Source: a virus | Lineage: Duplodnaviria; Caudoviricetes | Reading direction: 5' to 3' (one strand) | DNA: 64,000 nt | Virus record (IMG/VR): IMGVR_UViG_3300020440_000014 | Coordinates: 1-64,000 of that record | Shown: positions 27,901-36,084 of the stretch, piece by piece | How the letters are laid out: each line of letters starts with the position of its first letter | How positions within the stretch are numbered: the first letter of the stretch is position 1 | Notes under the pieces: model-generated | What the model was told of the DNA's origin: nothing | The model's input: the letters and a program-made list of their open reading frames with translations, nothing else | Database searches by the model: none | Made by a program: the position numbers and the translations under genes

Positions 27901-28690
27901 AACGTCAACAAGAAATTTATACTACGATGCAATTCATACAATGATACCAAATATTAAACCGCAAGATACAGAAATATTTGCAAGTATGAATAGAACAGGT
28001 ACAGCATCTCCAGAATCAACTCAAGATGCACAATACGTTAAGAGAACAACAAGTAACTTTGTTAGATTGAATGACAACGTATATTTCTCAACACCTAGTG
28101 TTGTTGCTTCAGTACCAAATGAATCAAGTAATATGGGTGGTATAAAATCTTTTGAGACTAGATTACAATTAAGGTCAATCAATCCAAACGTATCGCCTGT
28201 CATAGATGTTAATACAATTGGTGCATTATCAATCATGAATAGAATCAATAATATAGATTCTTCTAGCGATGTTCATACAGGTGAAACACATGTTAAAATG
28301 ACAGAACCAGACGGCGATAATAATGCAATGGTTTATGTAACAAGAAAAGTTACGCTTAAAACGCCTGCGACAACATTGAAAGTTCTTGCAGATAACTTTA
28401 GACCACCAAATTCAGATTTAAAATTAATGTATAAAATATTAAAGAGTGATGAAGAAACACCAATCGATGATTTAGGTTTTGAGTTCTTTAACGAAACAAG
28501 TACATATGGTGCAAATCCGGGTAACGCAGACATAGATACACCTAGAGATGCAAGAAACTTTAAAGAATATGAATATACAGCAGATAACTTGCCAGAATTC
28601 AGTTCTTTTGTAATTAAGATAGTTGGTCAATCATCAAACACATCGGTTGTTCCAATTGTATCATCATTGAGGGTGTTAGCATTAGCATAA
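21986..28690 (+). CDS. Large VrlC/DUF4815-like virion structural protein
   Basis: 'TDLNITPYYDDY...K.FHKVLFR.GRPLQARELTQ.QSILQ', 'APGADRLKI', 'DRFKSGFLVDNF', 'DPLAQSF'. Confidence 0.85.
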   Translation: MTQKTDLNITPYYDDYSEDKKFHKVLFRAGRPLQARELTQSQSILQDQVERFGDHFFKEGSIVAGAESNIDMDVYFIKVKADNPTQAGDDSVESYRTSFHGKFLQGQTTGVVVKVLTSAAATSTDSATLICKQYTQGTDAKGSFLVGGDEVLKEVTITENTGAITINASNNNHFKSVSESDTPSGRASIAEIQDGVIFTRGFFVLVDKQIIILEKYSGVPSYRVGVQIVESLVSSSADASLNDNAQGTNNANAPGADRLKIDLNFKKIALTDTTDINFIELGRVNNGIIELEINRPIYSQIEDTLARRTFDANGDFVVRPFKTSFREHLKTTLNRGFYTQSNGGDESKFVCQISPGKAYVRGYEIEKIGTTNLEISKARQTAKLENASTPVRLGNELLVNNAKALPEISDSSTTDAYKPVKLYDVGQNAGDLDTAAKHIGFSRVRHIENKTNVSSQASDEIQLFLFDVKMFTQLNIPVSSGEFLAGDKVIGSSSGATGIVAYSDSSNNYVMIHDVVGTFTTSDQLEVKGLGTYSGTNTITSTQSFNVGQTRCVFQATPGSGSQNFIADVVLDDLRELSGILSFATNSGSVTGVGTSFTTELQIGDQILDSLGGQHKVSAITNDFAMTITQLDGSAISSLTSQTQVKVVRKRAKLKNQDQSAAIFAWPRDYVDSISPLSNGVQTRRQIVLSVDSSGKITIPINGSTEKFSVKSNDNYQFAVITQSSSGSRTLNNGDIIYPDDISSSDFASTSDVPLEVTLGDANDNAAQILVSYAVTTKTPSVKPKTLNDYRAIKFSSADSGSVEYGCAYNHKELSLGVSDVHKVHAVLEAVPGTTSGSQSNATPPNFIPTETSGSLVSGEIIIGQTSGAKAKLIDFASSGTKTHFVYLETEATFSNGEAIVGQESSAVATIASVDIGSPNIKNRYFVDNGQRDGYYDASKLQLKSGHVTPNNPITVIFDYFEPSGNGQYFAVNSYQNQIDYKDIPNYSPNKVDLGGFEPDGQFELSDAVDFRPHVNDIQAPSTGEYNQDSVTDMSSISTQPFAYESRVFSLKELNTPIPNTTVDATIDFYVPRIDKIFLHKSGKFELVNGYSDISPQRPDALPEAIEMFELFIPAFTENLKEIAVKQKDHRRFTMKDIGRINQRVTNLERVTALSLLEQDTQSKQILDADGFDRFKSGFLVDNFRGHKIGDVSHPDYHVAIDTKRGQLRPQHFTNFFDIDLNTSKSTNFVKTGDLITLPFTELSYVNQNKASRAVNVNPYHVFSFVGDIKLTPSVDLWQDTENLPEVRINREGNFDAVVAENQNSLGTVWNAWQTTWAGEPEVVDTETISSVEGGSWDGDPSQGGNFAPNNLTTITREVTNTPETQVRSGITTSVVEEFTETRNDRVVSVSVIPFIRSRTIAIDANNLKPNTAHYVYFDGIRVDEYVTPHSATYSADSNADVISTVITDSNGRLRANFEIPNNPKQRFPTGERQLRITSSSNNLSNPPSVANTIYQATGTLQSNQTEIVSTRNGRVISESTSGERQFTRRGENINVSTQEIPQPEPIVPPEQPPFVSAREIPPIDIPAPTPVTTPIVPLLVEPLPVDDVERSTEDVFGQNRRFGFRFMREFGWGDPLAQSFLVESNGGMFLSSIDVFFKTKDKALPVSLQIRNMVNGYPGQVILPFSDTVKMPGDVNISADGSSATTFQFESPVYLEDGQEYCFVLYSNSNEYEAFISRMGEPDIISGETISGQPYAGSLFMSQNASTWTAEQTDDLKFNIKQCNFDDSQVSNLVFENADLPSIKLQENPIQTFSGQTYIRVLNYSHGHYSTNSRVTLSGVAGDKKSGVIKLQTPSAISGAVTAQTYETGGSNEAAVTGGSGSGLKVKLVVDSSDTDAVNSISITDPGVGYATGNTITVTIDSQTFTVDVESVEDTLGGIPVSAINSAHTALVDYGIDSFTIDLNTLLDGASYELDSGFSATASTNGGGENVTSTRNLYYDAIHTMIPNIKPQDTEIFASMNRTGTASPESTQDAQYVKRTTSNFVRLNDNVYFSTPSVVASVPNESSNMGGIKSFETRLQLRSINPNVSPVIDVNTIGALSIMNRINNIDSSSDVHTGETHVKMTEPDGDNNAMVYVTRKVTLKTPATTLKVLADNFRPPNSDLKLMYKILKSDEETPIDDLGFEFFNETSTYGANPGNADIDTPRDARNFKEYEYTADNLPEFSSFVIKIVGQSSNTSVVPIVSSLRVLALA

Positions 28691-28899
28691 TGAAAGAAGT
28701 TAAAGTGAAAGGACATTCAACTTTAATTAGAGATGAAGAATCTCATGCTATTGTGAATACAGATGTGGAAACATATAAATTGACAATGAAACGCAGACAG
28801 ATGTTAATGTCTCAGAGAAATGAAATAAATAGTTTAAAGAATGAAATTGGTGAAGTAAAGCAATTATTGTTGCAAGTAATAGAGAGAGTAAATGGCTAA
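28690..28899 (+). CDS. Small coiled-coil protein of T4-like marine phages
   Basis: 'KVKGHSTLIRD..S.AIVN', C-terminal heptads; coupled to both neighbours. Confidence 0.65.
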   Translation: MKEVKVKGHSTLIRDEESHAIVNTDVETYKLTMKRRQMLMSQRNEINSLKNEIGEVKQLLLQVIERVNG

Positions 28900-30661
28900 A
28901 ACGGTAGATAATTTTTCGACAATAGAAGACTTCAGACTGAAGTATAATGAATTAGCAACAGACGTTGGTGATATAAGCGGTCTTCAAACTCCAAGAAGTG
29001 GTAATTTAACAGACGCTTTAAATAGTGTTAATGAAAAAGACTTTTTCTTCCAAGAATTTATTTACAGAGTTACTTCAAATAACGAAGTTAATTTTAGCGG
29101 TTTAGATGAATTTGCTAATACTTTAAAATTTAGAAAAGATAGAATTCAAGTATTTGTCAATGGTAAACATCTAATCGAAGATATCGATTATGTTATCTCA
29201 AATCAAAATTCAGATGGTACATATGGTCAAATAAATCTACAAGGCACTTACGCTTCAGGTCAAGCAGATGCAACTCAAGTAAATGATAGAGTTGTAGTAT
29301 ACTCTTACACAGGTTCATATCTAGGTGTTGCAGTACAATCAACTGGTTCAACATTCTGGTTATTATCAGATACAAATTCAATTTATAATAGTAATCAATC
29401 TGGTGTTATTATAAATGGAGTTTCAACAGATGTTGATACAGAACACGAATCAGGTTTCAATATCAAATTAAATGGTAGAACTTTTGCTACAGATGATATC
29501 GTTGCAACTACCGGTAAAAGAATCGAAGCACCAACATTAACTGACGGCACTGCATCATTATCAAGTGGTTCAATAACAAGTGCAGTAAACGGAACATTCT
29601 CAGGACAAGTTCAGGCAGAACATTTAGTATCAACAGATGATTTAGCAGTGAGTGATGATGCAACAATTGGTGGTGCATTGTCAGTTGCTGGTGGTTTTGG
29701 TTCAAGTGGTCTTTCAGTATCAGATGCAGGTAATTTATCTGCTGACGGTGATTTGACAATTGGTGGTAGTTCAAGTTTAAATGGTAGTGTTACTCTAGGT
29801 GATAGTGCTTCAGATAATATTACATTTACTGGTAAAGCAAATTCAAATATAAGACCAAGTGCAAATAACACATACTCGTTAGGTTTATCAACATTAAAAT
29901 GGTCAAATGTTTTCTCAAATACATTTACTGGTGACTTAACAGGAAACGTAACCGGAAATGTCACCGGAGACATCATAGGGAATGTAACTGGTGCAGTAAC
30001 AGGAACGGTTTCAGATATTTCAAACCATGACACTGGCAATTTATCAGAAGGTTCAAACTTATATTATACTAACGCAAGAGCAGATGCTAGAATAGCAAAT
30101 GCAAGTATAGGTGATTTAGGTAATGTCTCAAATACGAGTGCATCTATAGGACAAATTTTAGCATGGAGTGGTTCTCAATGGGCACCAGTCGATAACCAAG
30201 ATTCTGATGCTGTTACTGAAGGAAGTACTAATCTATTCTATACAAACGAAAGAGTTGATGATAGAGTTAATGCATTGTTAACAGCAGGCACAGGCATCAC
30301 ATTAAATTATGACGATGCTAATAATACATTACAAATATCTGGTGTTGCTCAATACTCAGATTCAAATGCAAGACAAGCTATAACAATAACAGATGCTGGG
30401 GGTGACGGTTCATTAGTATACAATAGTTCATCAGGTGTTGCAACATATACAGGACCTAGTGCTAGTGAAACTAGAGCTCACTTTACTGGCGGTAATGGTA
30501 TATCTCTCTCTTCAGGAGATATCAGTGCAAATGTATCAAACGGTATCGAAATAAATAGCGATAATATAGAATTAGATTATGAAGTAATTAGTTCTGGTTC
30601 GTTCTCTGGAACACCAAGTGGAGCAGGACACCAAGTTGGACACTTGTTTTTTGTGATATGA
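28892..30661 (+). CDS. Tail fibre-like protein
   Basis: Gly/Ser/Thr-rich; 'GNVTG' repeats; 'EGS.NL.YT..R' repeats; C-terminal 'GHQVGHLFFVI'. Confidence 0.75.
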   Translation: MAKTVDNFSTIEDFRLKYNELATDVGDISGLQTPRSGNLTDALNSVNEKDFFFQEFIYRVTSNNEVNFSGLDEFANTLKFRKDRIQVFVNGKHLIEDIDYVISNQNSDGTYGQINLQGTYASGQADATQVNDRVVVYSYTGSYLGVAVQSTGSTFWLLSDTNSIYNSNQSGVIINGVSTDVDTEHESGFNIKLNGRTFATDDIVATTGKRIEAPTLTDGTASLSSGSITSAVNGTFSGQVQAEHLVSTDDLAVSDDATIGGALSVAGGFGSSGLSVSDAGNLSADGDLTIGGSSSLNGSVTLGDSASDNITFTGKANSNIRPSANNTYSLGLSTLKWSNVFSNTFTGDLTGNVTGNVTGDIIGNVTGAVTGTVSDISNHDTGNLSEGSNLYYTNARADARIANASIGDLGNVSNTSASIGQILAWSGSQWAPVDNQDSDAVTEGSTNLFYTNERVDDRVNALLTAGTGITLNYDDANNTLQISGVAQYSDSNARQAITITDAGGDGSLVYNSSSGVATYTGPSASETRAHFTGGNGISLSSGDISANVSNGIEINSDNIELDYEVISSGSFSGTPSGAGHQVGHLFFVI

Positions 30662-30662
30662 T

Positions 30663-31904
30663 ATGGCTAACGACATTTATATAAAACATAACTTCGCACA
30701 AACGCCTGACGGAAGTTTTCAACAACCATATATACATCAGGTATCAGTCGATAGTCAAACACCTCTTGAGAGTCAAACTCAAATTGTTGCTCAAAGAATA
30801 GCACAACAGCCTGCTATTGCACAACAACCTTCTAGAGTTTCAACTCAACAACAAAATACGGTTTCTGCTCAATACACATCTCAGATTCAACAAAATCAAC
30901 CTTATACATTTCAAACACTATTACAAAATGTAAATCGTCAGGTATCGTTAAGAGATGTAGATAGACAAATATCTTATCGAACTCCTTCGCCTTCACCTTC
31001 AACGTATCAAGTGGTTGAAAATGTTCAACAACCAAATACAAGACCGGTACCATCATCAGTAGCAGCACGATATGCCAACTCAGTACAGAATCCTTTTGTA
31101 GATGATGCACATATATTTGTTTCATATACTGCTAGACGGCCTTCTCCTTATATATCACAACAACCTGTAATAGTGCAAACACCAGGCAATGCTCCTTCTA
31201 CACAACAAACGATTAGAGAAGAAATATATGTTGCAAATGCAACTAAAAGAACTGAACTACACCGCAGTGTGTCTGCTTCAAGTTCATTAGCCAATCCTGG
31301 TACAATAAACAATTATATGCACGTTAGTATATTTGAAAATGATGATGATTATAACTTTTATTTCCGTGTTAGAACTGATTCAAATGCTAATGGTTCTAAA
31401 TTACTTCAATTAGAATCAGGTCAAACAACAATGCCTACATCAGGTGTCGGAACCATAGTGGTCTTTTTTCGATTTCCAGCTGGTTCTATTCCTAGTTCAT
31501 GGGCTATAGACGTTGGCCCTATTTCGGTGACAACATCTGGTGCAGGTTCAGGCGGTAATATTACCTTATCTGATGGCGGTTCTCATCCTAGTTCAACATA
31601 TGATATGGGAAATGTTGTTCAGTTTGACGGCAGTTCTAGTTTTGCTACTTGGTCTGAAGATAGTTTTGGTATGAATGTGCAAGCCACTGGCAGTCTAAGT
31701 TCTTTAAGCGGCGCCGGAACATATGTAATAGGTGGGTCTTTTCCTGTGAGATTTAGATTTAATCATTCAGACAATAGAGGAACTTTAACACAAACTTATG
31801 CAGTAAATATGTACAATCAATTTAATGTAACGTATAATCAGTCGCCTTCACCATCACCAGGATTCCAACCTTTCGGTAGTTTCAACCCAGGTGATATAAG
31901 GTAA
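30663..31904 (+). CDS. Gln/Pro-rich repeat protein with internal beta-rich domain (module 1, protein A1)
   Basis: N-terminal 'DIYIKH', Q/P-rich first 200 aa, beta-rich C-terminal half, ends '...DIR'. Confidence 0.7.
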   Translation: MANDIYIKHNFAQTPDGSFQQPYIHQVSVDSQTPLESQTQIVAQRIAQQPAIAQQPSRVSTQQQNTVSAQYTSQIQQNQPYTFQTLLQNVNRQVSLRDVDRQISYRTPSPSPSTYQVVENVQQPNTRPVPSSVAARYANSVQNPFVDDAHIFVSYTARRPSPYISQQPVIVQTPGNAPSTQQTIREEIYVANATKRTELHRSVSASSSLANPGTINNYMHVSIFENDDDYNFYFRVRTDSNANGSKLLQLESGQTTMPTSGVGTIVVFFRFPAGSIPSSWAIDVGPISVTTSGAGSGGNITLSDGGSHPSSTYDMGNVVQFDGSSSFATWSEDSFGMNVQATGSLSSLSGAGTYVIGGSFPVRFRFNHSDNRGTLTQTYAVNMYNQFNVTYNQSPSPSPGFQPFGSFNPGDIR

Positions 31905-31909
31905 ATGAT

Positions 31910-32548
31910 ATGAGTAATCAACAACAACAATGGCCTTTTATTACGTCAACTCCGACTCCAGCTAGATATGCTAATAGTGGTCAACAGCAAAATCCATACC
32001 CAGCAATTCGTCAAGCGCCTTATACTTTTCAAAACCCAGGTCCATCGATTGTTCGAACACCTGTATTAACACAGGTACAAACTCAACAGGATTATCGAAC
32101 ACCATTTACATATCGACATACAGAGAACAGGCAAACCATAGTTCAGGTTACAGCGCAACAACCTACACTTTATCAAACTCAACAACCGATAATATATCAA
32201 GGTCGACAACCTACTCCTGCTATAAGACAAAATCCTGTCATATATCAAAACCCGATTATAGTTCAGTCGCCTGCTATTGTTCAAACACCTCAAAGAAATA
32301 GTGTTCAACAGAGAAATAGTTTTCAACAATCTTATAGAACTCAAACACCATATACTTTTAGACAACCTTCAATTGTTCAACAAACAAATACAGGCACTAG
32401 ACCAATTCAACAGGTTGCTAAAGTTAAAGCAGTATACGTCAAGACAGCGGTTGGTGTACAAAAACTTGATGAAATCTTTGTTAAAAAAGATAGTAGTACC
32501 GTTGAGAAAATACACCAATCAGTACCTACTGCTCAATTAAACAAATAA
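31910..32548 (+). CDS. Gln/Pro/Tyr/Arg-rich repeat protein (module 1, protein B1)
   Basis: Recurring 'QP..YQ', 'QNP.I', 'TPFTYR'; C-terminal 'VYVKT...IFVKK' motif. Confidence 0.7.
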   Translation: MSNQQQQWPFITSTPTPARYANSGQQQNPYPAIRQAPYTFQNPGPSIVRTPVLTQVQTQQDYRTPFTYRHTENRQTIVQVTAQQPTLYQTQQPIIYQGRQPTPAIRQNPVIYQNPIIVQSPAIVQTPQRNSVQQRNSFQQSYRTQTPYTFRQPSIVQQTNTGTRPIQQVAKVKAVYVKTAVGVQKLDEIFVKKDSSTVEKIHQSVPTAQLNK

Positions 32549-32552
32549 TTAG

Positions 32553-32560
32553 CATAAATA
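32553..32560 (+). promoter_or_regulatory. Late promoter variant
   Basis: CATAAATA 6 nt before the 32567 ATG. Confidence 0.45.
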
Positions 32561-32566
32561 GATAGC

Positions 32567-32899
32567 ATGGCAGCTATATCAAACATTTTCATTGACCAAG
32601 GAACAGACTTTAGTGTGACCGTTGATGTCACTGATGCTAATGGTTCGCCATTAAACTTATCAGGATATACAGCAGCTTCTCAAATTAGAAAGTCATATGC
32701 ATCATCTTCTGCTAGTGCAACATTTACAACAAGTATTTCAGCATCTTCAGGTCAAGTAACAATGTCTCTTACAGATACGCAGACATCTGGTTTAGCGGCT
32801 GGTCGTTATTTGTACGACCTAAATATAACAAGTAGTGCAAGTGTTACATCGAGAGTGGTAGAAGGACAAGTAATTGTAACACCAGGAGTTACGAGGTAA
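32567..32899 (+). CDS. Ig-like fibre/baseplate adaptor protein (BppU-like)
   Basis: 'NIFIDQGTDF', 'LNLSGYTAASQIRKSY', 'GRYLYDL', 'RVVEGQV.VTPGVT'. Confidence 0.7.
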   Translation: MAAISNIFIDQGTDFSVTVDVTDANGSPLNLSGYTAASQIRKSYASSSASATFTTSISASSGQVTMSLTDTQTSGLAAGRYLYDLNITSSASVTSRVVEGQVIVTPGVTR

Positions 32900-32901
32900 T
32901 T

Positions 32902-33144
32902 ATGGCAATTAAAGGTGTAGTAGGAAGAGTAGCAGGTATATCTGCTAGAGTTCAAGGACAAGGTAATGTCCGTGTAAAACAGGTTGCAATCGGTGATGCT
33001 TCATCAGCAGTTAATTTATCTGCTAAATCTATTCAAGAATTACAAGATGTAGATGCAACAGAAACAGACAAAGGTTTATTACAATATGACCAAGCATCTG
33101 ACCAGTGGAAAACAACCACGGTTATAGATGGCGGAACATTTTAA
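32902..33144 (+). CDS. Small fibre-associated protein ending DGGTF
   Basis: 'LQDVD....DKGLLQYD....QWK' fibre repeat; C-terminal 'IDGGTF'. Confidence 0.65.
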   Translation: MAIKGVVGRVAGISARVQGQGNVRVKQVAIGDASSAVNLSAKSIQELQDVDATETDKGLLQYDQASDQWKTTTVIDGGTF

Positions 33145-33147
33145 TAA

Positions 33148-33155
33148 TATAAATA
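33148..33155 (+). promoter_or_regulatory. T4-type late promoter
   Basis: Exact TATAAATA upstream of the hairpin array and fibre operon. Confidence 0.6.
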
Positions 33156-33169
33156 ATTTTACAATCAAG

Positions 33170-33245
33170 GTGTCATTCAGTGAGACACGACCCACATAGT
33201 GAGTGGACCGATACATGATGTTCTTTCTCGGATAGTGAAGAGAAA
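33170..33245 (+). ncRNA. Putative cis-regulatory RNA: three hairpins, each with an AGUGA loop
   Basis: GTGTC/GACAC (33170-33188), CCAC/GTGG (33192-33206), TTTCTC/GAGAAA (33224-33245); loops ATTCAGTGA, ATAGTGA, GGATAGTGAA. Confidence 0.5.
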
Positions 33246-33295
33246 TTAATTAATTAATTTTTATAATAACATATTAAATTTTTTAGGAGAAAAAA

Positions 33296-34729
33296 ATGGC
33301 AACGGTTATTCAAATCAAAAGAAGTACAGGAGCTTCCGCACCAGCAGTCTCAGACTTAGCTGAGGGCGAATTAGCGTATGTACAAGATAGGTCTAACGAT
33401 GGTGCTTCTGCTAAATTGTATATTGAGTCTGTAGACTCAGGCGGCTCAGCTGCTATTCACGAAATCGGTGGTAAATACTATACTGATATCGTAGATGGTG
33501 CTGCTCCAACACCTGCTAACTTTGTAGTAGGTAATGGTTCATCAGCTGGTGCATCTTTACAACTTAGAGAAGATTCAGACAACGGTTCAAACTTTGTTGC
33601 TCTTAAATCACCTGACTCAGTAGCAAGTAATTTAACATTTACTTTGCCTGGTTCAGATGGTTCAGCAAACCAAGTTTTAGCAACTAATGGTTCTGGAACA
33701 CTTTCATTCCTATCAACAACTTCAACACTTGCAGGTGCAACTGATTCAGATATTTCATCACCAACATCAGGACAAATTCTTGTTCATGACGGTAGTGATT
33801 CATTTGATAACGTATCACTTTCAGGTGACGTAACAATGGCATCAAATGGTGCCGTAACTATCGCTAACACAGCAGTCGAAACAGCAATGATTGCTAACGA
33901 TGCGGTAACTTTAGACAAAATTGCAGATGCAGTAATTATTTTAGAATCAGAAGGTATTGGTAACAACGATGTTGATACTGGATTCCCAACAGCAGCTGCA
34001 GTTAAAGACTATGTTGATTCTCAAGTAACAGCTCAAGACCTTGATTTTCAAGGTGATTCAGGTGGTGCTTTATCAATAGATTTAGATTCAGAAACTTTAT
34101 CTATTGTTGGTACTGCTAATGAAATCGTAACAGCTGGTTCTGGTAATCAAATTCAAATTGGTCTTCCTGACAACGTGACTATTGGCGGTAACTTAACCGT
34201 TAGTGGTACAACTACAACCGTTAACTCAACAACGGTTTCAATTGCTGACCCAGTGTTTGAAATCGGTGATGATGGTTCAGATGACAACCTAGACAGAGGT
34301 ATCAAATTTAAGTACAACTCAGGTGGTGCTAAAGTTGGTTTCTTTGGTATGGACGATTCAGATGCTAAATTTAAGTTTATTGCAGATGCAACAGACTCAA
34401 GTTCAACATTCTCAGGTTCATTAGGTAATGTTGCTTTCGGTAATATCGAAGGTTCAGGTCTTGCTCTTTCAGGTTCAATTACTTCAGTAGATGGTTCTGC
34501 TCCTACAGCAGGTCAGATACTAATAGGTAATGGTTCTAACGGAGATATGGAACTTGCAACATTAACTGCTGGCGAAGGTCTTGACGTATCAAATGCAGAC
34601 GGTTCAATAACATTATCAGCTGAAGACGCTACAAGCACCAACAAAGGTATAGCAAGTTTTGCAAGTGCAAACTTTACCGTAAGTTCAGGTGCTGTTACCA
34701 TTACTGCTATCGATGGAGGCACATTTTAA
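33296..34729 (+). CDS. Tail fibre protein
   Basis: N-terminal 'MATVIQIKRS....P...L.EGELAY', 'GSANQVLATNGSGTLSF', 'DRGIKF', C-terminal 'IDGGTF'. Confidence 0.8.
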   Translation: MATVIQIKRSTGASAPAVSDLAEGELAYVQDRSNDGASAKLYIESVDSGGSAAIHEIGGKYYTDIVDGAAPTPANFVVGNGSSAGASLQLREDSDNGSNFVALKSPDSVASNLTFTLPGSDGSANQVLATNGSGTLSFLSTTSTLAGATDSDISSPTSGQILVHDGSDSFDNVSLSGDVTMASNGAVTIANTAVETAMIANDAVTLDKIADAVIILESEGIGNNDVDTGFPTAAAVKDYVDSQVTAQDLDFQGDSGGALSIDLDSETLSIVGTANEIVTAGSGNQIQIGLPDNVTIGGNLTVSGTTTTVNSTTVSIADPVFEIGDDGSDDNLDRGIKFKYNSGGAKVGFFGMDDSDAKFKFIADATDSSSTFSGSLGNVAFGNIEGSGLALSGSITSVDGSAPTAGQILIGNGSNGDMELATLTAGEGLDVSNADGSITLSAEDATSTNKGIASFASANFTVSSGAVTITAIDGGTF

Positions 34730-34758
34730 TTAGTGTTTTTAATCAATAGGAGGAAAAT

Positions 34759-35586
34759 ATGGCAACATTAATTCAGTTCAAAAGAAGTTCTACACAAAAC
34801 TCAGTTCCCGCTGTTAGTGATTTATCAGTAGGGGAACTTGCAGTTAATACTTATCATGGTAGATTCTATACTGAGAAAAATGATGGTTCGGCAGCAGTCG
34901 TAGAAGTAGGGTCAAATCCTTCTTCATTAACCATTAATGACGCTATTACTTTCCCAACTAGTGATGGTTCAGCAAATCAAGTATTGCAAACAAACGGAAG
35001 TGGTACATTATCTTTTGCATCACAACCAAGTTCTGGAATAGTTATCTTTAGATACACTATTACTAGCAATACAACCGCCATAACAGGTAACGATGATGAT
35101 AGTAATTCATTATCATATAGTCCTGGTTCAGAACAAGTATATCTTAATGGTGTACTTTTAGAAGATGGTGGTGCTGACTATACGGCAACTAATAGTTCGA
35201 CCGTCACTTTATCGGAAAATGCGATAAACGGTGACTTAGTAACTATAGTAGCGATAACCTCAGCTGCAAATCTAGTACAAGGGTTTTTTACCCAATCTAC
35301 TTTTTCAGCAACAACAGCAAACCAAGTGTTATCATCTAATGCGATTGCCAACAAGGGAATCAAATATGTGATAAACGCTACACATGCTAGTGCTGGTACA
35401 CATGCAGCTGAAGTACTTTTAATCAACGATGGTTCGAGTGCATATTTCGTACAATACGGCGATGTATTTTCGAATTCATCATTGTTTTCATTGAGTGCAG
35501 ATATTGATTCAGGTAATATGAGACTTCTCATTACGCCTGCCAATACTGCTACTACCGTGGACACATTTCAAATCAGACATAGTTAA
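34759..35586 (+). CDS. Tail fibre protein
   Basis: 'MATLIQFKRS....P...L.VGELAVN', 'DGSANQVLQTNGSGTLSF', C-terminal beta-sandwich domain. Confidence 0.8.
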   Translation: MATLIQFKRSSTQNSVPAVSDLSVGELAVNTYHGRFYTEKNDGSAAVVEVGSNPSSLTINDAITFPTSDGSANQVLQTNGSGTLSFASQPSSGIVIFRYTITSNTTAITGNDDDSNSLSYSPGSEQVYLNGVLLEDGGADYTATNSSTVTLSENAINGDLVTIVAITSAANLVQGFFTQSTFSATTANQVLSSNAIANKGIKYVINATHASAGTHAAEVLLINDGSSAYFVQYGDVFSNSSLFSLSADIDSGNMRLLITPANTATTVDTFQIRHS

Positions 35587-35599
35587 GGAGATATAAGAC

Positions 35600-36010
35600 A
35601 TGGCATTATCAAGAGGATTTAAAATCGCTGAATTGATTCGTCATTTATCATATGACTCCACCAATGATGTAATTGTTACTGCAAAGAAAACTCAAGATAA
35701 GAACAAGAAAAGTGGTGCAGAAACAAAAACTGCCACTGACCAGTTCTCTTTAGATTCTTTTGCACATGCAGACTTTAGAGCTGCTAGATACATCATTGCA
35801 ATGTCAAGAGGAAGTGATTTCCATTCAACTGAAGTTGTGTTAGTTCATGACGGAAGTGCGGTAACATTAACTCAATATGGTACATTAAAAGACGCTAATT
35901 TAGCTACAATAGACGCTGACATCTCAGGTTCAAACGTAAGGTTGTTAGTCACTCCAGCGAGTGCTACATCAACCGTGATTAAATTTGATAGAACCTTAGT
36001 AGACGCTTAA
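35600..36010 (+). CDS. Fibre-tip-like beta-sandwich protein
   Basis: 'EVVLVHDGS.....QYG.......I.ADI.G.NVRLL.TPA' paralogous to the C-termini of 34759 and 36085. Confidence 0.7.
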   Translation: MALSRGFKIAELIRHLSYDSTNDVIVTAKKTQDKNKKSGAETKTATDQFSLDSFAHADFRAARYIIAMSRGSDFHSTEVVLVHDGSAVTLTQYGTLKDANLATIDADISGSNVRLLVTPASATSTVIKFDRTLVDA

Positions 36011-36030
36011 ATAATAATTTACATTATTTT

Positions 36031-36058
36031 AAAGGGGGCATTTCGCCCCCTTTTTTTT
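36031..36058 (+). terminator. Rho-independent terminator
   Basis: AAAGGGGGC-ATTTC-GCCCCCTTT followed by a T-run. Confidence 0.85.
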
Positions 36059-36071
36059 AATCTTTAAAAAT

Positions 36072-36079
36072 CATAAATA
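36072..36079 (+). promoter_or_regulatory. Late promoter variant
   Basis: CATAAATA 5 nt before the 36085 ATG, right after the terminator. Confidence 0.5.
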
Positions 36080-36084
36080 GTACC

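Noticed and set aside
30655-30665. Read-through or frameshift fusion of fibre C-termini to repeat proteins (also 39157-39197)
   Set aside because: No slippery sequence at the first junction, and an in-frame TGA at 39161-39163 blocks the second
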